Shown here piece by piece: positions 40,192 through 53,455 of a DNA stretch of 64,000 bases; position 1 is the stretch's first letter, and each line of letters opens with the position of its first letter. The notes beneath the pieces are model-generated. The model worked only from the letters and a program-made list of their open reading frames with translations. It was not told the DNA's origin and did not search any database. The translations under genes were made by a program, and so were the position numbers. Source of the DNA: the human T2T-CHM13v2.0 reference genome, Homo sapiens. The stretch lies in the NCBI RefSeq assembly GCF_009914755.1, contig NC_060930.1; one strand, written 5' to 3'.

Positions 40192-41795
40192 TCTTCACAG
40201 AATTGGAAAAAACTACTTTAAAGTTCATATGGAACCAAAAAAGAGCCCGCATTGCCAAGTCAATCCTAAGCCAAAAGAACAAAGCTGGAGGCATCATGCT
40301 ACCTGACTTCAAACTATACTACAAGGCTACAGTAACCAAAACAGCATGGTACTGGTACCAAAACAGAGATATAGACCAATGGAACACAACAGAGCCCTCA
40401 GAAATAATACCACACATCTACAACCATCTGATCTTTGACAAACCTGACAAAAACAAGAAATTGGGAAAGGATTCCCTATTTAATAAATGGTGCTGGGAAA
40501 ACTGGCTAGCCATATGTAGAGAGCTGAAACTGGATCCTTTCCTTACACCTTATACAAAAATTAATTCAAGATGGATTAAAGACTTACATGTTAGACCTAA
40601 AACCATAAAAACCCTAGAAGAAAACCTAGGCAATACCATTCAGGATACAGGCATGGGTAATGACTTCATGTCTAAAACACCAAAAGCCATGGCAACAAAA
40701 GCCAAAATTGACAAATGGGATCTAATTAAACTAAAGAGCTTCTGCACAGCAAAAGAAACTACCATCAGAGTGAACGGGCAACCTACAGAATGGGAGAAAA
40801 TTTTTGCAATCTACTCATCTGAAAAAGGGCTAATATCCAGAATCTACAAAGAACTCAAACAAATTTACAAGAAAAAAAAACCCCATCAACAAGTGGGCGA
40901 AGGATATGAACAGACACTTCTCAAAAGAAGACATTTCTGCAGCCAACAGACACATGAAAAAATGATCATCATCACTGGCCATCAGAGAAATGCAAATCAA
41001 AACCACAATGAGATACCATCTCACACCAGTCAGAATGGTGATCATTAAAAAATCAGGAAAGAACAGGTGCTGGAGAGAATGTGGAGAAATAGGAACACTT
41101 TTACACTGTTGGTGGGACTGTAAACTAGTTTAACCATTGTGGAAGACACTGTGGTGATTCCTCAAGGATCTAGAACTAGAAATACCATTTGACCCAGCCA
41201 TCCCATTACTGGGTATATACTCAAAGGATTATAAATCATGCTGCTATAAAGACACATGCACATGTATGTTTATTGTGGCACTATTCACAATAGTAAAGAG
41301 TTGGAACCAACCCAAATGTCCATCAATGATAGATTGGATGAAGAAAATGTGGCACATATACACCATGGAATACTATGCAGCCATAAAAAAGGATGAGTTC
41401 ATGTCCTTTGTAGGGACATGGATGAAGCTGGAAACCATCATTCTCAGCAAACTATCACAAGGACAAAAAACCAAACACCGCATGTTCTCACTTATAGGTG
41501 GGAATTGAACAATGAGAACACTTGGACACAGGGCAGGGAACATCACACACCTGGGCCTGTTGTGGGGTGGGGGGAGCGGGGAGGGAAAGCATTAGGAGAT
41601 ATACCTAATGTAAATGATGAGTTAATGGGTGCAGCAAACCAACATGGCACATGTATACATATGTAACAAACCTGCACGTTGTGCACATGTACCCTAGAAC
41701 TTAAAGTATTATATATATATATAAAATTTAAAAAATAAAGACAGAGACAATAATCTAAAAAATAAATAATAAATTTAAAAAATAAAAAAAGAAAG
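40192..41795 (+). mobile_element. L1PA (L1PA4/5-like), 5'-truncated, ~1.6 kb
   Basis: ORF 40203-41048 ([40 protein letters not shown]...) and ORF 41266-41508 are the L1 ORF2p C-terminus, frameshifted at the A-run near 40875; L1PA 3' UTR to ccctagaacttaaagtat, then A-rich tail. Confidence 0.97.
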
Positions 41796-42339
41796 AAATA
41801 AACAGTAGAGGTAGAGGCTGCAAAGCAGACTGAGAGAGATGAGTGAGAAGTAGAAGGAAATGCAAGAGAGAGTAGAGTCAGAGAGGCGAGGGGAGGACAA
41901 TGTTGAGAGGGAATGCATGTCAACCACACCATCATTGACTGTCAAAGAGGCAGAGGAGCATGAGGACCCAAGAAAGGGCTTGTCACACAAGAGAAAGCTC
42001 TAATTTCCACATGGCTGCTACAGTGGAACAGCAGCAGTGGAAATACAACTGCAGCAGGGTAAAAACGGGGTGTAAGGGGATGAGCAGTAGGTGCACATCA
42101 CATGCCACAGGGCGGCTAACACACAAGTGAGGTGAGCTGGGAGCAAGTGAGATTATGTCCCTCTGTGTCTTTCACGTTACCAGATGGGTACAGAAAAATT
42201 CTTGTCAATTTTACAAAAATCTACAGTGCATTTGCAGTGACTAACAGTGATTATGAATGGCAACCAACACTTGTGGCCATAGGCTACAGGTGTGGGGACC
42301 CACAGGGAACCGAACGGAGGACCCAGAAACCACCTACAG

Positions 42340-42535
42340 AGGTGGTCACTACACAGCTCCAGCCCCAGCCGTGGCTGCTGAGAGGCCATGTTGGCCTTGT
42401 GCTGCTAGATCATCCTATTTTTAAAGAAAAGCCATAAATCTGCATTTAAAAAAATGTGAAATATCCTGACTTCTAAACACCGGCTCAAATTTTTAGAAAA
42501 CACTGGACTAGACAAAATATGGGGGCCACCTCAAG
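42340..42535. mobile_element. hAT-type DNA transposon remnant
   Basis: cactacacagctccagcc...gtgctgctagatcatcctatttttaaagaaaagcc...atgtgaaatatcctga. Confidence 0.5.
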
Positions 42536-44437
42536 CGTTACGGCTTTCTGTAAGCTTGGCATTGAGGAGAAAATGTCAGGCAAAAAATTTTATACTTTTT
42601 TCCCCCTTTTATAAAGAATGGAAGCTTTTCACATGTTGCTGAGGGCCAAGATCTAAGGGATAAAAATCATCCCCTCTTACTTTTAAAATATCCAATATTT
42701 GAACTAAAAAGGACTCTCTCTGCTTTCCTTTAAGATTCTACACACTCGCAGGCTCTGCTAATAAACATTTAATCCAAGCTCTTGTATCATGCTAACATAA
42801 CAGATCTCAGCTAACTATTACAAGTGTTAAAATATGTGTCTGGGTGGGAAGCCCAAATTAACTGGTCATTTTGAAAAGGAAGCCATGAGGAAGGACAAAA
42901 CATTCTCACAGAATATATATAAACACTCACATTGACTTTCAGTTTATCAAATTTCCTGAGGAAAGAAGTTCCCATTTGTAGCTGACGTATATTGTAACAA
43001 CACACCCAACCATTTCATTAGAATGCTATTTTTAATCAGTTCGGCATACATTATGCCTCAGGAACTGAAAGCAAGGAGTACATAAAGTCATCAGCTGTGG
43101 ATATAGAATACTCAGAAGTCAAATAACATTTCAAACTGGGCAAATAGCTTAAAAAGCATAGCAACTCTACAAAGGAAAAGTTTCAACTGCTCTTCTGTGA
43201 GCACATGGTCTTTAAAAAATCCCCACTGCAAACTTTGGAAAGTTGAAAAACATCTTTTGCAAGATGTGAAGAATGCATTTGGTAATGACTCACTTGTGAT
43301 AACATCACTGGGTGGGCCACTGCCACAGAATCTATCCTAAGCTCATTTCACTCTGCTCTGGTCTCTTCATAGTCTATTAAGGGGCAACGTGGATGATGGT
43401 AAATATTAGTGCCTCTACTTTGAAATGATTTTCCTCCCAAGGTAACTAATACATTCTCAGGCATGTGGAAAAAGAACTCATGCAAAAGCTCCCTGTATAC
43501 TAGACTTAACTTTCTCCTGAAATTTAGGAGAAAGCCTTGACACCATCATGGATGAGAGAAATCTACACTGCATCTTGTTAACATCAGATGATGTTGTTGC
43601 CCATGACTCTGTACCTTTGTCTATCTATAGTACATTTTTCTCTCTTGCATTCTTCGTTTTCAGGTCACATATAGTTCTCCTCTAACTTATCTTTCTGTGC
43701 TCACTCTGTCTCATCTATTTTGCTTTACTCTCCCCCAGTCATTACTCTGAATTTCACTTTTTATTTGCTTAGGTTTGGGTTTAGCTATTTTTCTTCTCAG
43801 GTCTCTTATGCCTTCTTTCATTTTCAGACCCTGTCCCCTCCACTACTCACTATTCAAATGAACACTAGCTTTCAGCCAAAGTGTTACCAGGTAGCCACAA
43901 AATGAGGTCTTGCACACTTTTACTCCTAAGGTTATCTGAATCAAGTTCACAAATTCATAAACTGAACCAATGCATTTGTCAAAAAGAATCTTTATTTTAT
44001 TCTGGTGATTAAGGAATTGTTTAAAGTTTTCATTACTTCTGAAAACTCCTCTGAGCTCCCATCTCTGAGCATTGCAGGCATTGCCTCAGATGGTCAGGCC
44101 TAACATGAGCACTCCACTGGTTGTAAAACCTGCTAGAAGACTGACAGAGTCAGAAAGCCATTGCCTCTGATGCGTAGGAATGGTGGTCCACAGGCCTTGC
44201 TGGGATCTTTTTGGACTGCGGGCAGGGAGGCCTGGACAGCTCTCCATGGTCCCGAACAAGACAAACATTCCAGTGCACAAGCCCTTTGTGGGAGGCACCC
44301 TCTTTTCCATGTAGCTACTGTACTTTCAAGATCTTAGCTGAAAACCAATTTAATTGCCTTAATATAAACACCAGACAGCGAGTTTTATTAATTTGGCAAC
44401 TGAAATAACATAGAGCTTCTGGGATTTATACTCTATA

Positions 44438-44695
44438 GAGGGTAGCAACATAGGAGACAGAGCACAGTTTTGATAACTATACAGACCTGGGCTCAAATCC
44501 TAGCATTTTCTCTATCACAGGATACCAGGCAAGTTACTAAGCTTCTCTGACTGTGGTTTTCTCATCAGTAAAATGAAGATCTCAATACCTACCACACAGG
44601 ATTTCTGTGAGCATTAAATTATATAAGGTAAGATAGAAGAATGCCTAGTGCAGTGCAGACACACATGGTCGTGTGAGGGAATGGAAGTTAGTAAC
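44438..44695 (+). mobile_element. MIR SINE
   Basis: cagacctgggctcaaatcctagc...ggcaagttactaagcttctctg...ttctcatcagtaaaatgaagat...tacctaccacacagg. Confidence 0.85.
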
Positions 44696-45984
44696 ACATA
44701 TTCCCAGGCTTACTCTTCCCAGCTGCTCATGTGCACTCTGGCTTTGCCTTCCTGGTTCTTCCCTTTGCCCTGACCTGTTTGGGGGAGTTCTGTGATGCAG
44801 AATCAGGAGGAAAGGTGGGAGAGCAGGTGGGCCACAGTTAGGAAAGGCTTGGGGGCTCATTTGTAAGGGCTGTAACGTGTGAGGAAAGCTGGAGGGAAAA
44901 AGAGGGACTTAAAGAAATATTGCTGTAATTCTATATCCCTCTATGGTATTGAGAAAGACAAGTCAAGATGTGCTATTCTGAAATTACTGTCACTAGATTG
45001 TATTTCTTTGACTCATATCATTCTGACACTGGATTGGGTGGGTCTGGATACATTAAGAGTTAGGGCGAGTATTCTATAATTTCATTACTATTTAAGTATA
45101 CAACCATGGGAGTAGAAGCAGTAGACAAGCAAGAGAAAAGGCGAAGGGAAAACAACTGAGCTGCCAATCTCATTGAAAAAGGAATACAGGGAGGAGTGAA
45201 GAGGCCAGAGGACTGTCAGGTTCCATTACCCATCCCTGATTCACTGGGATTTCTGTGAGTTGCTAGCATTTCGGTGTTTCAGTTTTTTCCCTTGTGAAAT
45301 GGCAGGGTGGGAGAGCTACAGCATTATGGCACACTAGTTGGCCTTTTCAGAGCTGGTGTGGAGGTATGTTAGCATCTGGGCCTCCCAACTCTGGCTTTTA
45401 CTGTTCCTTAAGAAGTACGCGTGTGTGCACTTCTATATATGTGTATATGTGTATGTATGTGTATTTATGCACACACATGAATTCTGGAGCTACCCCTGCA
45501 CATACCATTAAATCATTTAAAAAGAAAGCCTTCAAAAGGGTAATCTGTTTATCCCTTCTACATTCAAACAAGAATATGCCTGAATCCAAAAACATGACTA
45601 ATTTCGCTTCCTAAAAAATCTCCAAAGGAGAGATTTATAGCCCCCACTCCCTTAATGACATACTTGATCTTCTAGTAACTCATAATGGAAAAGTTCCTCT
45701 TTGTTACATTTTTAAAATTGCACTCTTGCTTGCATTTCCAATTCTCCTTACCACATTATTTTAGTTTTGCATAGGACATATCCCCTTCTAACAATGACAG
45801 AATTTACTCATGTATTAATATTTACTGCTTACTGTCTCATCTCTTTTCTCCCAGCTAAAATAAGTGACCTTGTTCACCGATTTAGGCCATGTACCGAAAA
45901 CAGTGCCTAGCTCATACCAGGGACCCAATAAACATTTGTAATTAGAAGCTGACTTTTTGTTCTGTTTCTTTGATAAAATCACAA

Positions 45985-46130
45985 ACCTACAGAGCTGGAA
46001 GGGACCTTAGAAAGGGACCTTTAGAGATGAGAAAATTGAGGCGCTGTGAGGGGAAGCTGCTTGTCTGAAATTTTGCACAGAATTTCCTGAGCCCTTATCA
46101 GAGCTCTTTCCAGCTCATCTCAGTGCTTCC
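45985..46130 (-). mobile_element. MIR (MIR3/MIRc-like)
   Basis: agagctggaagggaccttaga...tttagagatgagaaaattgaggcgctgtgaggggaag. Confidence 0.7.
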
Positions 46131-47305
46131 ACGCAGAACTGTGGTCCTGGAGACAGGGCAAGAGTCGGCCAACGAGAGAGGCTGAATCTCACCTCATTTA
46201 GAGCAAGAGAGTCAGAGAGAAGAAGCTGTAACATTTATTTACAGAAAAGTAAAGTCTCATAATAATAATAGTCTATGGATCAGTAGCAGCTTTCATCTAA
46301 GGATCTCAGAGAGCTTATGAAATTCTCATCCCACAATGTGAGGTATCATTATCTGTTCTCAGTCAAGTAAATTAAGAAGCTGAGTGTTCTATGGTCTTAT
46401 TGCAGGCTGGTTCAAAGACTCTTTGGGGCTCTATGTCCTCTCCATAGTTTTTCTCATCCTTAACACCAAGCTGCAACAGCTACAGGAACCTCCCAGTTTA
46501 CTTTCTTCTAGATGTCCCTAAAACCATTCCGGCTCATGCCCATCTTTAAGCCAGTGTGTAGAGGAACAACACTGGGGATTTGAGGTGTTCAATCATGTAA
46601 TGCCCCCTTTTGGGTCACCAGCGGCTCAGGCTTCCTGAGCTGGTCCTGGAGAAAAGCTGACCACAGTGACACTGGGGGTATACGACAGCTTTTTGGGGGT
46701 AAAAAGAATTATTTTTCTTTCCTCAGTTTACTGCCCATGCCCCCACATACCCTTTCCATCAACTTGGTTGAAAGTTTTACCCACCCACACAATTACAGTG
46801 TTCACAATTATTCCTCAGCTATTTAAGAACCACATTAAAGACCAATTAGATTGAGTCAACACAACAAGCCCTGCTGAGGAGCCCATTTAGATTTTGACTA
46901 AGGGTACTCTTTCTTCTTGGGGGAGATGGGGGAAACGGTGGATTCTGAAATCTGACACTTCTCATCATAAAGCTTTCCCCAGGCCCCTAACTGCACAGAG
47001 GCAGGCAGGCTTGCCCTCCTTACTCTCTTGGCCAGTAAAGATGCTGTCCAACCAGTGCAGTCCAAAACAACCTCAGCACCACAATGGCCGCTTCACTCCG
47101 TGTCAAGTTGACAGTGTTGTTCTAGAGTAGCGGAGGAACCCTGGTTACAGTTGACTGTGTACCCTGAGAACTTCCTCCTCTTCTGCAGCTCCTGGGACTG
47201 CACTGCTGACCTTGTCCTTGGGCTGGAAACTTAATGGCCAAATTCCCCAGCCAGCATCCTGAGGTTTCTGGCCCCTTGGAGCAAGCAGAAATTGCTTACT
47301 GAGCT

Positions 47306-48185
47306 CAGGATTCCCCAAAGTGTTTTCTGAAAAACCCATGCTCTGTGGGATACCCAAAGGTGTGATGTGGAAAAAGAACTTTGTGATCAAACAAGTTTAT
47401 GAACTGAGTATAAAAATATGTTAAACAACAGTAGTTCCTTAAAAAATTAAAAATAAAATTACCATAGGATCCAGCAATTCTACTTCTGGGTATCTAGTTG
47501 AAAAATTGAAAACAGGGTCTCCAAAAGATATTTGTACGTCCATGTTCATAGCAACACTATTCACAATAGCCAAAAGGCAGAAGCAACCCAAGTGTCCACT
47601 GATGGATGAATGCAAACAAAATATGGTCTATACATACAATGGAATATTATTCAGCCTTAAAAAGGAAGGAAATTTTGACACACGCTACAACATAGATTAA
47701 CCTGGAGGACATTATGCTAAATGAAATCAGCCAGTTGTAGGACACATTCTATATGATCCACTTACATGAGGTACCTAGAGGAGTCGAATTTATACAGACA
47801 AAAAGTAGAACGGTGGTTGCCAGGGGCTAGGGGAATGGCAGAATCCGGAGTTGTTGTTTAAGAGGTATGGATTTTAAGTTTTCCAAGATGTAGTCATGAC
47901 TGGTTGCACAGCAATGTGAATACACTTAACACAACTGAATTGTACACTTTAAAATGGTTAATATGGTAAATTTTAGTGGCATGTGTTTTACCACAATTAA
48001 AAAAACAACACATTAAACAGTCTTTGCAGTAGGACTTCTCAGAGCCTTTAAATGTTAATGTGCACAGGGAATCCCCAAGAGGGGGATATAACAAGCAGCT
48101 CTTCCCAGCTTATCTGGCCACAGAATCCATTTTCCACACATCTCCTGGGACCAATGTGCTTCAGAACATGCTTTACGAAATGAGC
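47306..48185. mobile_element. MER103C-like Charlie element split by L1MB
   Basis: caggattccccaaagtg...gtgatcaaacaagttt, resuming after the L1 as gcagtaggacttctcagagcctttaa...ccaagagggggatata. Confidence 0.65.
47428..48012 (+). mobile_element. L1MB (L1MB3/4-like) 3' end
   Basis: gatccagcaattctacttctggg...aaggaaggaaattttgacacacgctacaaca...tgaggtacctaga...ggtggttgccagggg...tgtacactttaaaatggttaa; apparent TSD ttaaaca. Confidence 0.9.
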
Positions 48186-48299
48186 TACTAAATGGAAAAC
48201 TGTTAGAAAACATGAAATCCTATTTTTTACATTTACATAGAGGCAGGCGAGATTCCAGAGCCTGAAGTCAGATTTTCAAAACAGTCTTAACTCACCATC

Positions 48300-48545
48300 A
48301 TCCTCTCATAGAGGAGAATCAGATTCTATCCTCAACTGTGTCACTCATCAGCAGGGTGGTCTTGAACAAGTAGTACTCTCCCCGGGCCTCTGATTTCTCA
48401 CCTGATGTGTGGGAAAAATACCTGCTCAACCTATCTCACCGGTCTGTAGTAAAATCTAATTAGAAACATTTGTAAAAGAACCTGAAAAGTACCAAGGGCT
48501 ATTCAAAACGTAGGATAATTAGTAAGTATGTACTAATGCTTATTA
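48300..48545 (+). mobile_element. MIR SINE
   Basis: gtcactcatcagcagggtggtcttgaacaagt...ggcctctgatttctcacctg...tacctgctcaacctatctcac. Confidence 0.7.
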
Positions 48546-48689
48546 AGGTGCAGCAGACAAGGAAGAGAGCCCAGGTCTCTCACATCAGGAGCTCAGATTG
48601 TTAAGCACAGAACAGACACCAATAAGCACAGAAATGAAAGAAAGGAAAAGAACCATAGACTGAGCACTTCCAGTAGAGCAAAAACAGGG

Positions 48690-48860
48690 AGACTGGGAGA
48701 ATGGAAGTCAGAAAACATAGGTTGAGAAGCTGATTTTACTGCTGTCTGACCTTAGACAAGTTATTTAGCTTCCCTGACTTGCGGCTTGTTCAGCTGTCGG
48801 ATGATGTAGTTGGAAGAGATAACCTCAAAGGTCACTTCCAGCTCCATTAAGTCTATGAAA
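48690..48860 (+). mobile_element. MIR (MIR3-like)
   Basis: ggaagtcagaaaacataggtt...gctgtctgaccttagacaagttatttagcttccctg...aaggtcacttccagctc. Confidence 0.7.
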
Positions 48861-51334
48861 TACTGCAATAGACATGCCACGGATACATGCATGATTCCTT
48901 CATCAGATGCTTAAGGGCCTACCCTGTGCCTGGCTTGGTGCTAGGATGTGGAGAAGAACAGATCACTGTCTCCATGCTCCTTGTTGAATAAAGCAGGAGC
49001 CTCTGGCCTCCAGACCAGCTGGCCTCAGAAGATGAGGCTGCTCACATGGGGATGTCAGGGACTCATTTCCTTTGTAGTATTCTCCTGGTCCTCCACCCCC
49101 ATAATTTTTTTAAAAAGTGTTTCTAAAGTATCTTTATTGAACTACTGACTCAATGGAGCCAGACAGATGGTATGGAAAAGTTGCTAGGTGAAGAGAAGTG
49201 CAAGCCTCCACAGAAATAAGGCTGCCAAGTCGTGGGGACCCATCTTCCTGCAGAGCCCAGTGACTTAATACACAGAAAATGTGAGATGCCCAACGATGGC
49301 TTGTTGACAGACTAATGATCTTACAGGGGCAGAGTGTCAGCAGTACAGGAAGATGGGATAACAGTGGTTTGAGACAGATATGCAAGGAACCTGGAAAAAT
49401 AGTTTCTGGCAGAAATGGGAGTAGGAGAGCCAGCTCCCACAGTGAATAAATTGGCAATTTAAAATTTGCTGTGTCCAGTGATAGAGAACCACTGAAGGTG
49501 GCCAAGGAGGTGAGAGCAAGGTAAAGTGTGTGCCTGCGTGTGGCAGACCACATACAAGGGAAGACTGAGTTAGAAAGTGTGGTAGCACAGTGCTGGGAGA
49601 GAGAGTCCAGGGGCAAGATGACTGGGAGAGTTTAAAGGACAGATGTTTTAAGGCTTGCACTGTGGTGGTGTGGACAAATAACAGAAGGGACAAAAGTGGT
49701 AGCTCTGCTGAAAGAACACAGAATAAAAAGTTATCAATATACTAGATGCATGGAGTTAAGAAAGCATGCTTGTTCCAAGGGAACTGTCTATAAATTCTCT
49801 GGGAGATAGGGCAGAGGGAGAAGTTTATGACAACCTATAATATTAGTAACTGAGGATATAAGGGGATGAGCTGGAAATCAATGGTAGTGAAAAAGGGATC
49901 TCTGTTTCTGTCACATTTAGACTGATTGGTAAAATGAAGATATTGAGTAAAAATGTCCTATGCAGAGAAGGTATATATAAAGATGGATTTGTAGACATTG
50001 TAGACACTGTAGACATGGGCATGGGAGAGACTAGGCAAGGGGGTGGAAGTGCAAAACAGAAGGGGGGCTATTTGTGTAATCCACACATATCTTTGGGTCC
50101 TTGAATAGGCACGCAGGGGTCTCAATCAAGACCTCCTGAAATATCATTCTGTATCAGTGTGCGTATACATGTACAGGTTTCTGTGGGGGAAGATTTCTAG
50201 CTTTCATCTGATCCTCAAAAGGCCCCCAAATAGTGATTTTGTTGGCATTAAAATCCTCAACACTTGATGGAAAGTTTCTCTCCTATCTGCTTGATAGATG
50301 TGCCATGTTAGAGCACTTTAAGAATAATGCACTAAATCTGTATTCATTAACAAATTTAAGAACCAAAGAATAACTGTTACTATTCTATCATCTTGTTAAA
50401 ATTAAGGTACAAAATTTGGTATAATAATCCAAAGACTCCGACTGACATTGGCAAACATACTTAACTCAAATATTTTACATGTAAAATGTTAAAAGCATAT
50501 TTTAAAACCTTGCAAGTATAGGTTCCTCACAAAAAGTTTAATATGTATAGGATTTCTTTAGCACAAGGGTACCTGGCTCTGCAATATTCACAAATCTGTA
50601 ATATTCAAGGACCTTGCCAAAAACAGTTGTTGAAGCTACTTCTAACAGTCGTGACCCTCCCTCTCAAAAGGATGTTATCAAGTAGACTGTGCAGTAATGA
50701 CTATAAATATGTGACATGCTTATGTTACTATAAATAAATGTTGCACTTTCTCACAACCCATTTAATTACTGTTCACCTAAAGCTACGCAATTAACAAAAC
50801 TGTCTGAATTCTGAAAATGAGGAAAGCCCTCCTGTCTCTCTTAGGTAGTTTTACAATCCTAACAATAGACTTAATGAAGCCTTTTAAAAGAAGGATGATT
50901 ACATTAAAATGATTGGGGCATGTAGAAATTCATTACATACATCCTCCTGGTGTCTGATAGATTAAATGCCTCATCACACCCTAGAGAGAGGGAGGAAGAA
51001 AGAATAAAGAATAATACAACTGTCTGAGTGAATATCTTATACCTGAGATTGAATCTGGCCCCCATCCGTCACTCAGGACTACACGCTACACCCAAAGTTT
51101 GAGGAAAACATGCTTGGTAAATTATCAGGTAAATTATGAAGTGCTGCTTGTTGAATATCAATTGACATTATAATCCATACATTAATGATGGTAAACAACA
51201 ATTATGCAAGTTGATATAACTTTTTCCCTTGGAAAACTGATAAGGGATACAAAACCAAAGTATAGTCCCTGGGGAGTTTTCTGGGACTGTTAGCATCCAT
51301 TACACAAGTGCTTCCAGGGATAGCGCCGAAGGAC

Positions 51335-51800
51335 TGGATTGTGTTAAATTCATTCCTAGATATTTCATATTTTTCTGTTACTACTGCAAACAGAATTGTT
51401 TCCTTCACTTGATTTTCCAGCTATTAGCTGCTAATATACAGAAATGCAATTGATTTGTCTATTGACCTTCTATCCTGTGACTTTATTAAATTTACTTTTT
51501 AGTACCTTCTAGTATTTGCTTTATACGTTCCTTAGGATTCCTCTACATAAACTGTCATATTGCCTGTGAATAGAGACAGCTTTACTTCTTCCTATCCAAT
51601 CTTCACATTCCGCATGTGATTTGGTATACTGCTTTTTTTTCTATTTAACAACCTTAAACATTTGTCCAACTTATTTAGCAATTTTGATCATCATTTTAAT
51701 TAATATATAATATTCAATTTAATAGATGTATCACAGTTTACATAATTAAATCTCAAATGGGGAACATTGAGGTTTTTTCCATTTTTTTTGGCCAAAAACA
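51335..51800 (-). mobile_element. Old L1M fragments
   Basis: ttattcctagatatttc-like start, gctgctaatatacagaaatgcaattgattt, tgtgaatagagacagctttacttcttcctatccaat. Confidence 0.75.
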
Positions 51801-52814
51801 ACATTTCCAAATTATTTCCAGAATACCATGCTGCCTTCTCAAATATGTACTGTCACCATCAAAGTTTCAAATAGACAATACTAGTCAATATATAATTAAA
51901 AACTCTGACAGAAATATTTTGAAAATGCCACCATCACTAATCTTTCTGGCCTGGGATCAAGTAAATCTGATGAATGCTATTAATGAAGGGTGACCCAGAA
52001 ATAACAAGTTAAAAAAAGCTGCACTTCTGAGACTCCAGAGAACATGTGCTTTTAATGGTTTAATGCTCTACTTTCAGTTTCATAGGAATGCTAACAAAAT
52101 AAGTTAGGCTTACTAAAATCTAGATATGAAAGAATGGAAATGTTTAAAAACAAAACAAATCCCACCAGTTTTACATATCAGAGTGGTTAGAACTTACAAA
52201 TGAAGCCAATATGCTCACCAGGGACTATTCCTATTTCACACTTAATCTGCTATTTAAAATATGGACCCATTTTTCTCAGGTCAAGTGAATGAGCAACCAC
52301 AGGAAAGCTCTGTGTTCTCATCAAAGAAACCTACAAAGTAAAAGAGACAGTAACATCAAATCCAGTGTAAGTTTACTGAATTTATAAGACACAAAGCATG
52401 GCTGTCAGAAAAATCACTTGTGTTTTGGGGAAAGTAATCTCCAAAATATCTGTGTGCCTCTGCGTAGATATCTGTTTTAAAAGCTTTATTAGGATCCATG
52501 CCACCATCAGTTTGATGTAGAAACGGCACATTTACATGCTTGGCAGCATTTACTACTCAGAGCCCTGGAGATTATTGCTGATCAGGGAAAACTGAGTGAA
52601 AACAGAGAGAAACGGGTGTTTCCATACCCGTAGATACCAAGATGGAATCTACTCCCTGATGACAATGTGACCCACAGTCCACACAAGCTAACCTTTCATG
52701 CTTTCCATAATGGCTGTTTAAAATCTACATCCTTCTCTTCATTTCCCCAGCTCTCCACATTTCCTTTCTTTCCTTTGTACTTGCCCTTGCCTTAAAAGTT
52801 AATGTTTTTTCGTG

Positions 52815-53455
52815 CGAATGTCAAGTGGTACAACCACTTTGGAAAACAATTTGCTATTATTCAGCAAAGTGGATGGTGCACACACTCTAAGACCCAGAAA
52901 TTCTTCCCTTAGGCACCCATTCTAGAAAAACTGCAGCAGGATGCACATTCAAGAATGTTCATAGCACACTATTTAAATAGCAAAACTGGAAATGTCCCAA
53001 CTGTTCTTGAGAGAAGGGATAAAGTGGTCTTCCACTCATACAATGAGTGGACCAGACAGCAGTGAAGATAAATAAATTTGATGCATGATGCTTCATGCAT
53101 CAGTAGGAATGAATCTTAAAAATGTTGAATGAATCTTAACAAATGTTGATGGAAATAAGCAAATGGTAGAAGAAGACCATTTATATATAGTCCCAAGGTA
53201 AATAAAAGTTAGCAATAAATTGTTTAGGGAAACAAACTTACAGAGAAAAGCAAGGAAATGATAAACATGAAATTTAGAATACTGGTTCCATTGAAGGAGA
53301 AGGGTGTGGAGAGTGAACTCACAGGGGCTTCCAAGCTGCAGGATGAGTAAGAGGATTGTTTATTTCTCTCTCACACACACACAATGTAGATGTGTGAGTG
53401 AGTGTGGATACACATACACACACCTATTCCTTTGTATGCCTCATATTAAAAAAAA
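52815..53455 (+). mobile_element. Old L1M (L1ME-like) 3' end
   Basis: tggtacaaccactttggaaaacaattt, gacccagaaatt, caagaatgttcatagcac, aaagcaaggaaatgataaaca. Confidence 0.8.

Larger units (their letters stand above)
39720..42100 (-). mobile_element. L2 LINE split by L1 insertions (pieces ~39720-39905 and ~41805-42100)
   Basis: cattcattcattcactcac tail; ctgggaaataccaacatttaagtagctggtaga continues as gtagaggctgcaaagcagactgagag...tgaggaccca. Confidence 0.6.

Noticed and set aside
40203-41048. Longest ORF (281 aa) as a gene
   Set aside because: It is a frameshifted fragment of L1 ORF2 in a 5'-truncated element, with no promoter or true start.
43036-43068. Bulged 13-bp hairpin
   Set aside because: Short and imperfect, with no recognisable RNA family.
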